Source: Pseudomonadota bacterium
Lineage (GTDB): Bacteria > Pseudomonadota > Alphaproteobacteria > Rhizobiales > Beijerinckiaceae
Assembly: GCA_023393655.1 (NCBI GenBank)
Contig: JAEWKP010000381.1
Coordinates: 2,626-66,625, forward strand
DNA: 64,000 nt
Direction of reading: 5' to 3'
Below the pieces are notes generated by a model. The model was not told the origin of the DNA, ran no database searches, and worked only from the letters and a program-made list of their open reading frames with translations. The position numbers and the translations under genes are program-made. This document shows positions 15,446-25,118 of the stretch, in pieces (the first letter of the stretch is position 1; the number at the start of each line of letters is the position of its first letter).

Positions 15446-16647
15446 CAGGATTTTCCGGTCTGGGCATCTTTGGCCCGGCTGATCCGCACGGACTGGTAAT
15501 CGGCCAGGGTCTGGGCTGCAAGCCGCCGCGGATCATGCCAGCGCTCGACGAAGGCGCGAGCCTCCAGCCCCCTCGCATGAAGCTCGAACCGTGGCATGGT
15601 GACGACGCTTCGCATCGTATCGAGGATGGTGGCGGGCCGGGCGCCGATGACGGGGAGCTCCGCCTTCAGGTCATGATCGAGGAAGCCGAGATCCCCCTCA
15701 CGCAGATAGGCGATGAGGGGTTTGCCGAGAGACATCGCCTCGACGCCGAACCCGCCATACCAGCCCGCGAGCAACTGATCGATGATGACGTCCGCCGAAG
15801 CATAGGCTTGAAGCGCCTGCGCGCGCGGCAGACCCTCGACGAGGCGCAACTCGAAGGCATAGCCCTCCGCCTTAAGCGCCTCCGCGGCTGCCAGCACGAA
15901 CTCGGTGCCCTTGGCACCGCGATGGCTGGGCGCATGCAGGAAGACCAGCGAGCGCTGAGAGTCGGGCATAGGCGGCGCCGCCACGACGCTGAAGGGATCG
16001 AAGCTGGCATAGGGCTGAAAGCGCGCCTGCTTGGGCAGGACATGCAGCAGATCGGGGTTCAAGGCATAATGCAGCGTTGCATGGCGCGCGAAAGCCGCAA
16101 TGGCCCGGCGCTTCCATTGATCGGAGTTCAGGGGATAGTACTCGTCCTTCACCGCATCGGCGATCGAGATGTCGAACAGCTCCAGCGATCGGTCGCGCTG
16201 GCGCGCATCGTCGCCCTGCCAGGTCACGGCGAGCGTCTTGCCCATCGCGGCCAGCAGCGGCAGATCCTTCAACCAGACCGCCCGGCAATAGAGGCGCCAG
16301 ATCATCTCGAGAGGCTTCCGCCGCCGCACCGGTCGCAGAGACGGATAGGCATTGGGCACAAGGCAGCTCTGGCCGAACGAGAAATGGACCACGTCAGCCC
16401 AGCTCATGGCGCGGAAAAGCAGGCGCCAGCGCGCCTTCTCGCGGGCGACGATCGACGGGGAGGGTGGCGCCAGCACCTCGTCCGCCGGGAAGCCGAGGGC
16501 CGTCTCTTCCAGAACGACGCAGCGGCTGTCGGCGCCGAGCTCCCGTTGTGCCGCCGCCAGCTGGGCCGACTGACCCGCGACATTCCAGGGGCAATGCAGC
16601 ACACGCAGCGGCCGCTCGCGGGGTCCGGACAGCTGGGTCTCGGCCAT
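15445..16647 (-). CDS. GT-B fold glycosyltransferase
   Basis: RVLHCPWNVAGQ, HAPSHRGAKGT, IDQLLAGWYGGFGVEAMSLGKP. Confidence 0.8.
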   Translation of the reverse strand: MAETQLSGPRERPLRVLHCPWNVAGQSAQLAAAQRELGADSRCVVLEETALGFPADEVLAPPSPSIVAREKARWRLLFRAMSWADVVHFSFGQSCLVPNAYPSLRPVRRRKPLEMIWRLYCRAVWLKDLPLLAAMGKTLAVTWQGDDARQRDRSLELFDISIADAVKDEYYPLNSDQWKRRAIAAFARHATLHYALNPDLLHVLPKQARFQPYASFDPFSVVAAPPMPDSQRSLVFLHAPSHRGAKGTEFVLAAAEALKAEGYAFELRLVEGLPRAQALQAYASADVIIDQLLAGWYGGFGVEAMSLGKPLIAYLREGDLGFLDHDLKAELPVIGARPATILDTMRSVVTMPRFELHARGLEARAFVERWHDPRRLAAQTLADYQSVRISRAKDAQTGKS

Positions 16648-16655
16648 GCGCCTGG

Positions 16656-17531
16656 TCAGCGCTCGCTCGCCACCGTGGCGGCGATCCCGTCAGCAAAGCT
16701 GCGGAAACGGGACAGGTCATATTGCCCGCCGAGCTTCGTTAGCGAAGGCACCAGGCTCGGCGCGCTCATCTCCTTGCGCTCGAAGCGCGGCTCGGAGCCC
16801 AGAGCCATACCGATCCCGCGAGCAACCTCCTCGACGCTCAGCACCTCCGGCGAGGCGACGTTGAACGTGCCCGCCCAGCTCTCGTCGATGGCGGCGAGCA
16901 GGACACTGCAGATATCGTCGACATATGTCGGCGTGAACCGCATCCCGCTGCCGGACCAGGGCAGCGTCACGGCTTCGCCGCGCCGGATGCGTCCAATCAG
17001 GTCCGGGATCAGGCGTGCGGTCTGTCCGGGCCCGTATGGCGCGAAGAGCCGCAAAATCGACACTGGAAAGAGTGTCGAATAGGGCCTGGCGAGCATTTCC
17101 GAGGCCAGTTTCGTCGCGCCGAGATTGCCCAACGGGGCCAGCGCACCACCTTCCTCCAGTGGCCCCACGAATGGCTCATATACCGTGCCGCTGGACACCA
17201 TGCAGAAGCGCGACACGCGCGCAGCCGCTGCCGCCAGCAGCAGCTCATGAGCGCCCATGACATTGACGGCGAACATTTCGGCCGCATCGCCCGGGAAGGC
17301 GCGGTACGAACGCGATTGTGCGAGATGGGCTACGGCGTCGACATCGTCCGGCAAGGTCAGCGGATCGCCCGATCCGAGCGCATGGACGAGAAGGCCGCTA
17401 CCCGGCGGTGCAGATGCAGCGCCGCGTACCAGCGCGGTCACTCGATGTCCCTGCGCGACGAGGCGACGCGCCAGCGCATGGCCGACGAAGCCTGAGGCCC
17501 CCGTCAGCAGGACATGAAGACCCTGCGCCAT
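16656..17531 (-). CDS. NAD-dependent epimerase/dehydratase (extended SDR)
   Basis: LLTGASGFVG, HLAQ, VSSGTVY, LRLFAPYGPGQ; the catalytic YxxxK reads LGATK. Confidence 0.85.
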   Translation of the reverse strand: MAQGLHVLLTGASGFVGHALARRLVAQGHRVTALVRGAASAPPGSGLLVHALGSGDPLTLPDDVDAVAHLAQSRSYRAFPGDAAEMFAVNVMGAHELLLAAAAARVSRFCMVSSGTVYEPFVGPLEEGGALAPLGNLGATKLASEMLARPYSTLFPVSILRLFAPYGPGQTARLIPDLIGRIRRGEAVTLPWSGSGMRFTPTYVDDICSVLLAAIDESWAGTFNVASPEVLSVEEVARGIGMALGSEPRFERKEMSAPSLVPSLTKLGGQYDLSRFRSFADGIAATVASER

Positions 17532-17535
17532 GGCG

Positions 17536-18660
17536 TCAGACAGGCTTCGTGACGAGGACGGAAATGCCGTTGGGATTGGCGTCGTTGACCTGCCACTCCC
17601 TGGCCCCGAGATCGCGCAGCCAACCCTCGACCTCGTCCTGCGTATGCTGCCAGGCGTTGTGGGGGTGGTACCAGTCGAAATTGACCATGTTGTTGGTCTC
17701 GTAGTCGAAGGCCTCGTTCCAGAAGCACTTCAGGAAATTGTAGTAGATCAGCCGCTGGACATCATGCGTGCCGGCGGGAATGCCGAGCACCGGAATGGGC
17801 TTCTCCAGCGTGATCTTGGCGTTGAGGCGCGAGAGCTCACGGCCAAGCTCCGTGATCCCCTCGCAGGCCGCGTAGCACTCGTCCGGTGACAGCGGCATGA
17901 AATTCTTGCGGATATGCTCGTCGGCGAACACGCGCGAGGCGCCCATTTTCTTGTAGACGTAGAAAAAGAACTGCCCGCCCGGCTGGAGCTTGCGGTAGAG
18001 CGCCTCCACCGCCAGCCTTGTGTCGGGCGTGTGGTGCAGCACGCCGTCGGCGATGATGAAGTCGAAATAATCGTCCGGGAAAGGCGCTTCCATCAGATCG
18101 GCCTGCACCACGGTGCAGTTCGGCAGGTCGCGCGTATTGCCGAAGGTGGTCATCGCCGCTGCGGAGATGTCGAGCGCGAACACCTCGCCCGCGGTCTGCT
18201 CCGCCATGAAGCGCGCATTGAAGCCGGAGCCCGGCCCGCATTCCAGGATGCGCTTGCGCTTGGCGTGGAAAGCCTTGAGTTCCTCCAGGCTGCCCAGGTT
18301 GAACTTCTTCATGAACCAGCCGTAGAGAAACTCCTGATGCTGCGGCTCGAGGCCGTAGTTCTTGAAGCGCGTCCACTTGTCCGAAAAAGTCTCGTTGGTC
18401 TTGGCCTGTTCCGAGGCCGCCGCGCGCGCCTGGGTGGCATGCAGCGTCAGACCGTGCTTCGCCGCGAAATCCGAAAGATCCTGCTGCAGGACGCCCGTCA
18501 GGAAAGACGGCACACCGTCGATGATCGGAATCCAGCGGCCGTCGGGCGCTCGCAAAACGCCTTCCAGGATGTGCTCGCCTTCTTGGCGGAATGCCTCAAG
18601 CAGAAGCCCCCCCTTCGGGTATCCAACCGGCTGGAGTTGGCTGACGATCGACGAACGCAA
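17536..18660 (-). CDS. Class I SAM-dependent methyltransferase with possible Trm112-like N-terminus
   Basis: ILECGPGSG motif I, VVQADL, FDFIIADGVLHHTPD; N-terminal PIIDGVP. Confidence 0.85.
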   Translation of the reverse strand: MRSSIVSQLQPVGYPKGGLLLEAFRQEGEHILEGVLRAPDGRWIPIIDGVPSFLTGVLQQDLSDFAAKHGLTLHATQARAAASEQAKTNETFSDKWTRFKNYGLEPQHQEFLYGWFMKKFNLGSLEELKAFHAKRKRILECGPGSGFNARFMAEQTAGEVFALDISAAAMTTFGNTRDLPNCTVVQADLMEAPFPDDYFDFIIADGVLHHTPDTRLAVEALYRKLQPGGQFFFYVYKKMGASRVFADEHIRKNFMPLSPDECYAACEGITELGRELSRLNAKITLEKPIPVLGIPAGTHDVQRLIYYNFLKCFWNEAFDYETNNMVNFDWYHPHNAWQHTQDEVEGWLRDLGAREWQVNDANPNGISVLVTKPV

Positions 18661-18816
18661 GGCTGGTCCCTCTTGGCTTCAGTAGACGTAGGTCGCGGTT
18701 GTCCTAGACGATGATCCTCGAAAGGGAAATCAGCTTTTCCGTTCTCCTGACGGCCCTTTCGCCGTGGAACCGCCATGCGGCCCTTTTTTCACCGCGCGGC
18801 AGCGCCTTTGGGTGCG

Positions 18817-20349
18817 TCAGGTCAGCAGCCTGCGATAGGCCTGCGCCTGCAGCGAGATGATTCGGCTGGCGGAATGGAAGTCGGCAATCCAGGACGCACC
18901 GCGCGCGCCCAGCCCGGCCGCGTCCTTCGCATCGGCCGCAACTTGTCTCAGCCCGGCCGCGATCTGCTCGTGCGAGTTCGCAACGATCAGCGGCGGCGCC
19001 TTGCCGAAAAACCGTTCGGCTGCCGGCACGTCGAGTGCATTCAGCACGCGCCGGCCGAGCGCAAGAGCCTCGAAGGTGACGCCGCCGAAGGCGGGGAGAG
19101 CGAACTGATCAATAACAAGGTGGCTCGTCAGATAGTGGCGCCACAGTTCCGGCTTCTGCATAGGCTCGACCCAGCGCAGTCGGGACGCGAGACCGAGTTC
19201 GGCAGCGAGAGCTTCCGTCGCGGCTATGTCGCGCCCCCAGCGCACCGCAACGATCTCGAAATTGCCCCCCTCCTCCGCCAGCAAGGCCGCAGCGCGCAGG
19301 AAACGGTCATTGCCTTTGGATAGATTGGGATCGCCGTCCAGCCAATCCTGCCGCGCCGGTGCGAAGAAGCGCAACATCTCCTCCGGAGGGCGCAGATCGC
19401 CATGGATCACGGCGAAATCTCGCAGCCTCTGATCATCGAAAGCGTGCGGCAGCGGCACGATCCGCGTGCTTTCAATGCCGAGACGGTCGGCGGCTGCGAG
19501 GCAGTCCAGATTTGTCACCAGAACCTGATCAGCCATGCCGAAACACAGCGCCGTCGCGCGCCCGGTCGGATTTTTCTCGAAAGGCAAGCTGCGCAGCGTG
19601 CCGTGCTCGTAGGCAGCATAGCGCCGGCCGGCGAGCAACGGCCATAACCCATCGAGCGCATAACCCTGGATCACGTCGTAGCGCGCGAGCAAGGGCGCGA
19701 GATGTCTGAAGCGCTCCCAGTAGTAGTCCAAATCGCCCCGCTCAGCGGGGAATGCCGCCACGCCGCGGCGTTCGCCCCACATCCGCGTCAAATCGGCAAA
19801 GTCGAGCCCACCCGCTGCTCGCGCCTGCCGCTCCGGCTCGTCGGCATTTCGGCCGAGGCGCTGCTCGAGCTTCTTGCGCTCATAGGCGAGCTTCCAACCA
19901 ATCTTGTGCCGAAACAGCTCGGTCCGCGCTCGAAATGATCGCGAGCAGCGCACGAAGCGCTGATGATCGAGCTTGCGCCAGAGGCGGTCCGCCTCCGCCG
20001 AGCCTTCAATCTCGGCTGCGAGATAGCGGCAGCAATCAGCGATTGGACCGGAGGCGAACCAGCGGGGCCGCTGGTAGCCATTCAAGTCGACGCTGTGCCA
20101 GTCCGGGAAGGAGGGATCGGCGGGCGCCGTCTCGAAGCTTGCCTCCTCCCATTCAGGAGTCGCCATGATGTGGTAGTAGTCGAAGGACAGCACATCGGCT
20201 GCGATGCCATGGGCGCGCTGAATTCGTGCGTTGTTGAAGGCATTGTTGGCGATGTTGCCGATGTGCAGAACGCGGAGCGGCCGGCCAAGCCGTGCTTGCC
20301 GCTCCGCCAGCCAGTCCAGCGCATTCTCCCGGACCTCGCCGCCGATCAT
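18817..20349 (-). CDS. GT-B fold glycosyltransferase
   Basis: RVLHIGNIANN, SKGND, VIDQFALPAFGGVTFEALALG; ATG at 20349 overlaps the upstream asnB stop. Confidence 0.8.
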   Translation of the reverse strand: MIGGEVRENALDWLAERQARLGRPLRVLHIGNIANNAFNNARIQRAHGIAADVLSFDYYHIMATPEWEEASFETAPADPSFPDWHSVDLNGYQRPRWFASGPIADCCRYLAAEIEGSAEADRLWRKLDHQRFVRCSRSFRARTELFRHKIGWKLAYERKKLEQRLGRNADEPERQARAAGGLDFADLTRMWGERRGVAAFPAERGDLDYYWERFRHLAPLLARYDVIQGYALDGLWPLLAGRRYAAYEHGTLRSLPFEKNPTGRATALCFGMADQVLVTNLDCLAAADRLGIESTRIVPLPHAFDDQRLRDFAVIHGDLRPPEEMLRFFAPARQDWLDGDPNLSKGNDRFLRAAALLAEEGGNFEIVAVRWGRDIAATEALAAELGLASRLRWVEPMQKPELWRHYLTSHLVIDQFALPAFGGVTFEALALGRRVLNALDVPAAERFFGKAPPLIVANSHEQIAAGLRQVAADAKDAAGLGARGASWIADFHSASRIISLQAQAYRRLLT

Positions 20350-22244
20350 ATGCGGTGGCGCGGGTCGAGCGGCTGGCCGACATCGCCGCCATAAACCCCG
20401 AAGCTCTCGCACCAGGCGTCGAAGGACAGCAGCGACCAGATGAGCGGCAGTCGATTCTGGGCACCGCTCATATGGGATTCGATCGCCTGCGCGACAAAGG
20501 CCGGGTCGAAGACGCCGCGCGCCGCGATCCGATCTGGCGACAGCACCTTGCGCACGAAGGGTTGCAACGCACCGCGATACCAGGAGGCGTCGGGAGGGCC
20601 GAAACCCATCTTCGGCTTGTCGGCGATCTGCGGCGGCACCCAGCCGCGGATCGCATCGCGGAAAGCGATCTTGCCTGTCTGTCCGTCGGTGAGCAGGTCC
20701 CAATCATAGGTCAGCGCGGTATCGATCACCTCGTTGTCGAGGAGTGGCACACGCGTCTCCAGCCCATGCGCCATCGACAACTTGTCCTCGACCATCAGCA
20801 GGCCGGCCAGATAAGTCTTGGCGTCGATGTAGAGCAGCCTGTCCCAGATATGATCTGATGGGCAAGCCTCCAGGATGCTCCGCATCTCGAGCTCAAGCGA
20901 ATAGCCATCGGCCGCCGCGCGAAACTCGGGTCTCAGCGCCTGCTCGATCTCGTGATTGCCAACGGGGTAGCTGTAGATTGCCTGCATCCGAAGGAACGCG
21001 TCGGCGCCAGCGTCCGAGACCTGCCCGTGGTTTCGCCCGAGCAGTCGGTCGAGCCAGGATCGCGCAGACGCGCCTTCCCGCGGGAAGGGGCGTCGGATGT
21101 ATTCGTAGCGCGAGACGTAGCCCCCCAGAATCTCGTCGCCGCCGCAGCCGGAAAGGACGACCTTACTGTCGGCCGCAACCCTCTCGGCGATCAGGTAATT
21201 CACATAGGCCATGCCCATACGCGGTTCTTCCAACGCCGAGACTGTGCGATGGAGCGAGGTGGTCAGTGCGAGCTGTGGCAGTTCGAGCTCGACGTGCTCG
21301 ATTCCAAGATCGGCCGCGACCAGCCGTGAGAATTCGCGCTCATCGACGATTTTGTCGTCGCCGACCTGGTCGAGGTTGAAGATGCAGGAATAGGCCCGCA
21401 CGCCAGGATCCTCGCGATGGGCTCCAGCTACGATCGAGCTCGAATCGATACCCCCGGAGAGATACCCCATCACCGGCACATCCGCCGCAAGCTGGCGCCG
21501 GATAGCGCCCTGCAGCACCTCGTGCAACTCCGCCGCCGCATCGGTCCGCCGCATCTTGCGACGGTTGAAGGTGATGTCCCAATACTGCCGGCTGCGCCGT
21601 CCGGCGGGCTCGTCGATAAAGATATGGCCAGCCTCAAGCAGCCTGATGCCTTTGAACAGCGAGCGCCCCCGCCAAACGTTCTGCTGAAGGAAGTACGCGT
21701 AGACAGACTGATGGTCGGGCGCGACCGGCACTAGGCCTGAAGCGTGGATGCCGCGGATCTCGGAACTGAAGACGACAGTGCCGTCGGCGAGCTCGGCCAG
21801 ATAGAGCGGTTTGATGCCGAGCCGGTCGCGACCCAGCATCAGCCGGCGCTGGCGCGTGTCCCAGACGGCGAAGGCGAACATGCCGTTCAGCCGCTCGGCA
21901 AGCTGCTCACCCCACTCTTCATAGCCGTGCACCAGAACCTCGGTGTCGGAATGGTCGCTGGCGAAGCGGTGGCCGTTCGCCTCAAGCTCCTTGCGCAGCT
22001 GAACGTGGTTGTAGATCTCGCCGTTGAAGATGACGTGGACCGTGCCGTCCTCGTTCGCCATCGGCTGGTGGCCACCGGCGATGTCGACGATCGAGAGCCG
22101 GCGAAATCCAAGCTCGACATCGGGGCTGGACCAGAAGCCGGCATCGTCAGGCCCACGGTGGACGATGGCGTCGGCCATGCCGACAATGCGCTGGGAGGCG
22201 TCCCCAAGCCTGCCGCGGTGGAGAATTCCGAGGATACCGCACAT
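20346..22244 (-). CDS. asnB: AsnB-family glutamine amidotransferase
   Basis: MCGILG start at 22244, HRGPD, RRLSIVD, LSGGIDSS, SGCGGDE, ETRVPLLD. Confidence 0.9.
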   Translation of the reverse strand: MCGILGILHRGRLGDASQRIVGMADAIVHRGPDDAGFWSSPDVELGFRRLSIVDIAGGHQPMANEDGTVHVIFNGEIYNHVQLRKELEANGHRFASDHSDTEVLVHGYEEWGEQLAERLNGMFAFAVWDTRQRRLMLGRDRLGIKPLYLAELADGTVVFSSEIRGIHASGLVPVAPDHQSVYAYFLQQNVWRGRSLFKGIRLLEAGHIFIDEPAGRRSRQYWDITFNRRKMRRTDAAAELHEVLQGAIRRQLAADVPVMGYLSGGIDSSSIVAGAHREDPGVRAYSCIFNLDQVGDDKIVDEREFSRLVAADLGIEHVELELPQLALTTSLHRTVSALEEPRMGMAYVNYLIAERVAADSKVVLSGCGGDEILGGYVSRYEYIRRPFPREGASARSWLDRLLGRNHGQVSDAGADAFLRMQAIYSYPVGNHEIEQALRPEFRAAADGYSLELEMRSILEACPSDHIWDRLLYIDAKTYLAGLLMVEDKLSMAHGLETRVPLLDNEVIDTALTYDWDLLTDGQTGKIAFRDAIRGWVPPQIADKPKMGFGPPDASWYRGALQPFVRKVLSPDRIAARGVFDPAFVAQAIESHMSGAQNRLPLIWSLLSFDAWCESFGVYGGDVGQPLDPRHRI

Positions 22245-22260
22245 GGATTGATGCCTGCCG

Positions 22261-23229
22261 TCAGATTTCGGAATTGGCTTTGAACGGAAGCGCTGCGAAG
22301 CTTCGGTCGACCAGGGCAGCTCTTTCGTCGTGCGACAGACGCCGTCCGTTGACCAAGGCATCGACGATCCACAAGGGCGCGCCCCCTGTCTGGACGACGA
22401 TTCCGGAAGGAAGGTTCAACATGATCCGTCCGGGGTGCCGCTTGACGTCCCGGAACGAGTAATTGTCAAAGCGGTGGGCCTTCAAGATCACCCAGCGCTG
22501 ACCATCGAGAAAGCTGAAGGCGCCAGGGTAAGGCGGCACCTGCGCCCGGACGAAATTGTAGATATCCTCATCCGACATCGAAAAATCGATCAGGCCATCC
22601 TCGGGCCCACGCTTCTCGTAATGGCGGGCGAATTCCATCGCTTGCTGATACCCTGCCTTGCCAGCGGCGAGCCAGCCGACGGCCTGGGCGATAAGCTCCG
22701 CTCCGACGTGCATGACCTTCTCGTAGAGGAGCTTCACGTCGTCATAGGGGGTAATTTCGACGGGCCTCTGGGCCAGAATCGCCCCGTCATCCGCTCTCGG
22801 CGTGATCCTAAAAACATAAACCTCGATATCTCTGCGCCCCAGCAGGACGTTCCATACCAACGGCGCCCGGCCGAGCCCGATCGGCGGATGTCCCGCATGG
22901 ATGCCCATCCCACCGAGTCTCGCCCGCGCAATAACGTGTTCCGAAATCAATCGATTCCAGCCGTTGACGACCAGAATATCGAAATCGATATGCTCTACGT
23001 TCTCAACGCGTAGCGTATAGTCAGGGAGTGTAATGCACGGCACATCATTGCGCTCGCACCACGGCCTGACATCGGCATAGCCGGAAATGGCATATTTCTC
23101 ACCCAGAGCTGGCGGAAGTGTTACCACTGCCGCGACACTGACACCCATTCGCGCCAGCTGCTCGAGGCCATAGAGGCCGTTCTCTGCACAGGTGATGTAG
23201 AGAATGCCTGGCTTCACGGACTCAGACAT
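22261..23229 (-). CDS. Sugar N-formyltransferase (Fmt/ArnA-like)
   Basis: GIHAGHPP..GRAPLVW, DDGAIL, DGLIDF, IYNFVRA..PPYPGAF. Confidence 0.85.
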   Translation of the reverse strand: MSESVKPGILYITCAENGLYGLEQLARMGVSVAAVVTLPPALGEKYAISGYADVRPWCERNDVPCITLPDYTLRVENVEHIDFDILVVNGWNRLISEHVIARARLGGMGIHAGHPPIGLGRAPLVWNVLLGRRDIEVYVFRITPRADDGAILAQRPVEITPYDDVKLLYEKVMHVGAELIAQAVGWLAAGKAGYQQAMEFARHYEKRGPEDGLIDFSMSDEDIYNFVRAQVPPYPGAFSFLDGQRWVILKAHRFDNYSFRDVKRHPGRIMLNLPSGIVVQTGGAPLWIVDALVNGRRLSHDERAALVDRSFAALPFKANSEI

Positions 23230-23917
23230 TCCCAAGGCCATGGAAATAGGGCCCCTTCAGCAGAAGGTCCTTTTCGAACCACCAGTCCGGATGAAACAGA
23301 ACCTGGAAACGGTCATGTTTATCGTAGTGTTCCGTCGGGTCGCCTTCCCGCCAGAATCCATTTGAATCGGACAGATACTTCATTTCCTTGAAGTACCTTT
23401 TCTCCAGCGCGTATCTTTCAAAACCTGCTTCAAGCGGATCATAGACGTCGTGATAATTCGGCGTCGCGTGCACCACCTGGCTGATATCCCGGTGCTCAGA
23501 AGCCGTCACGATTTTACGGCCGACCACACTCTCCAGCAGTGATTTTTCTCTCATCAGCAATTCAGGAGGATGAATGCTCAACGCTCGCCCGACTGACATC
23601 GCCTCAAAGTGCAAGCCGATTTCATGTCCCATCGACAGAAGACTCTCGATCAACCGATAAACATATGGAGCAAAGCAATTATACTCGTGTGCATGCACAC
23701 GAAATAAGAAAGTTGCGGTCACCCCAAGATCATATTCTACTTTGGCCATTTCGAGAACGCCATTGAGCGTATAATCCACGTCGTGCCGGACGATAAAAGT
23801 TCGATCGGCCTCCGGATCAAATTTCTCGAAAGACGATACTTTATAACCGCGCGCGATCGCTTCCGCCAATATATGGCGAAAATACATGAATGTGAATTGA
23901 TGCGGGACTTTACCCAT
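23222..23917 (-). CDS. Polysaccharide deacetylase-like protein
   Basis: IVRHDVD, ATFLF, GHEIGLH, YLSDS, HPDWW resemble NodB/CE4-like barrel motifs. Confidence 0.6.
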   Translation of the reverse strand: MGKVPHQFTFMYFRHILAEAIARGYKVSSFEKFDPEADRTFIVRHDVDYTLNGVLEMAKVEYDLGVTATFLFRVHAHEYNCFAPYVYRLIESLLSMGHEIGLHFEAMSVGRALSIHPPELLMREKSLLESVVGRKIVTASEHRDISQVVHATPNYHDVYDPLEAGFERYALEKRYFKEMKYLSDSNGFWREGDPTEHYDKHDRFQVLFHPDWWFEKDLLLKGPYFHGLGNV

Positions 23918-23975
23918 TAGACCGAGCCTTCTGACAAAATTAAGATGAGATCGATTCGCATGAAATCAAATTAAG

Positions 23976-25070
23976 TTATGAATACGAATTACTATAAAAA
24001 ATGGAAAGCATCTGGGCAATCTTCAGCGGGTCATGCCAACGCTCGACATACTTCCGCGACTTCATTCCAAGATCGACAAGCGTCTGCGGATTGGAAATAT
24101 ACGGCAACAAATCTCTCTCGATGGAATCGGGGCTAATCTTGATGACAGGCAGATCGTCCCACATCTCATGTGGAACAAAAGCCTTGTCCTCTTCACGGAT
24201 GTAGACCGCCACAGGCTTCCCCATGGCCATCAATTCCACGGCAAAGCCTCCATACCAACCGTAGAGGATCTGATCGATCGCGATATCCGCCGATTTATAG
24301 AGCTCCATGGCTTCGGCATGCGTCTTTCCCTGGACGAGAATCAGATCGAAATCGACTTTCTCTCGAATCTTTTCCAGAGCCGCCAATATAATTGCCGTTC
24401 CCTTTGTGTTCGGATCGCTCGGAGCATGAACGATCCGCAATTTCCGGGTGGCAACAGGCGGATAAACTTCAGTTTTGGAGATATCTACATTTGCGTACGG
24501 AAGAAAAATTCCATTGTCGATATAGTGGCCGAGCTCAGGATTTAGAAAAAATACTTTATCCATCAAAGGAAGCAACGTTTCGATCATACTTCTTCGGTTG
24601 GCATCGTAGGTCTTGAGACAGTTAGCGAAAGCGCCACAGCGCCCTTCATGGCAAGGCGTCCAGCGGTTTCGTCTATCTGATTCCTTTGCCAGGCGCGCGT
24701 CGCATCCCTGAAGCGTCATGAACACACGCTTTCCGAGTCGCTTGGCGATCCGGACATCGCGCAACGCGACCTGATCCTCTTGCTGCGAGCGGCCGAAGGC
24801 GAAGCCATAGTCATCCCACAACATGTAGCTGCGGCCGAAATAGTAGTGGATCACGTCATAGCGAAACGGAGCCGTCAAAGCGAAGGCGCGACGCCTCGAA
24901 CGATTGGAGAGCGTGTTTTTCCCATACTCACTCAACGTCTTGTCGGCGGGATAGCCGATCCAGGTCCCGTAGTTCTGAACGACATCGCTGTGATGCCCGA
25001 GCGAACGCTCTGCCCTCGACAAGGTCCAGGCCTGATTGCCGACATTTACCGGGCCGTGAAGTATGCGCAT
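23976..25070 (-). CDS. GT-B fold glycosyltransferase
   Basis: RILHGPVNVGNQ, HAPSDPNTKGT, IDQILYGWYGGFAVELMAMGKP; paralog of 15445-16647. Confidence 0.8.
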   Translation of the reverse strand: MRILHGPVNVGNQAWTLSRAERSLGHHSDVVQNYGTWIGYPADKTLSEYGKNTLSNRSRRRAFALTAPFRYDVIHYYFGRSYMLWDDYGFAFGRSQQEDQVALRDVRIAKRLGKRVFMTLQGCDARLAKESDRRNRWTPCHEGRCGAFANCLKTYDANRRSMIETLLPLMDKVFFLNPELGHYIDNGIFLPYANVDISKTEVYPPVATRKLRIVHAPSDPNTKGTAIILAALEKIREKVDFDLILVQGKTHAEAMELYKSADIAIDQILYGWYGGFAVELMAMGKPVAVYIREEDKAFVPHEMWDDLPVIKISPDSIERDLLPYISNPQTLVDLGMKSRKYVERWHDPLKIAQMLSIFYSNSYS

Positions 25071-25118
25071 CAAACGGTCATCCTGGACTGCGATTGCAAC
25101 GAAGAAAATTCCGCAAGC

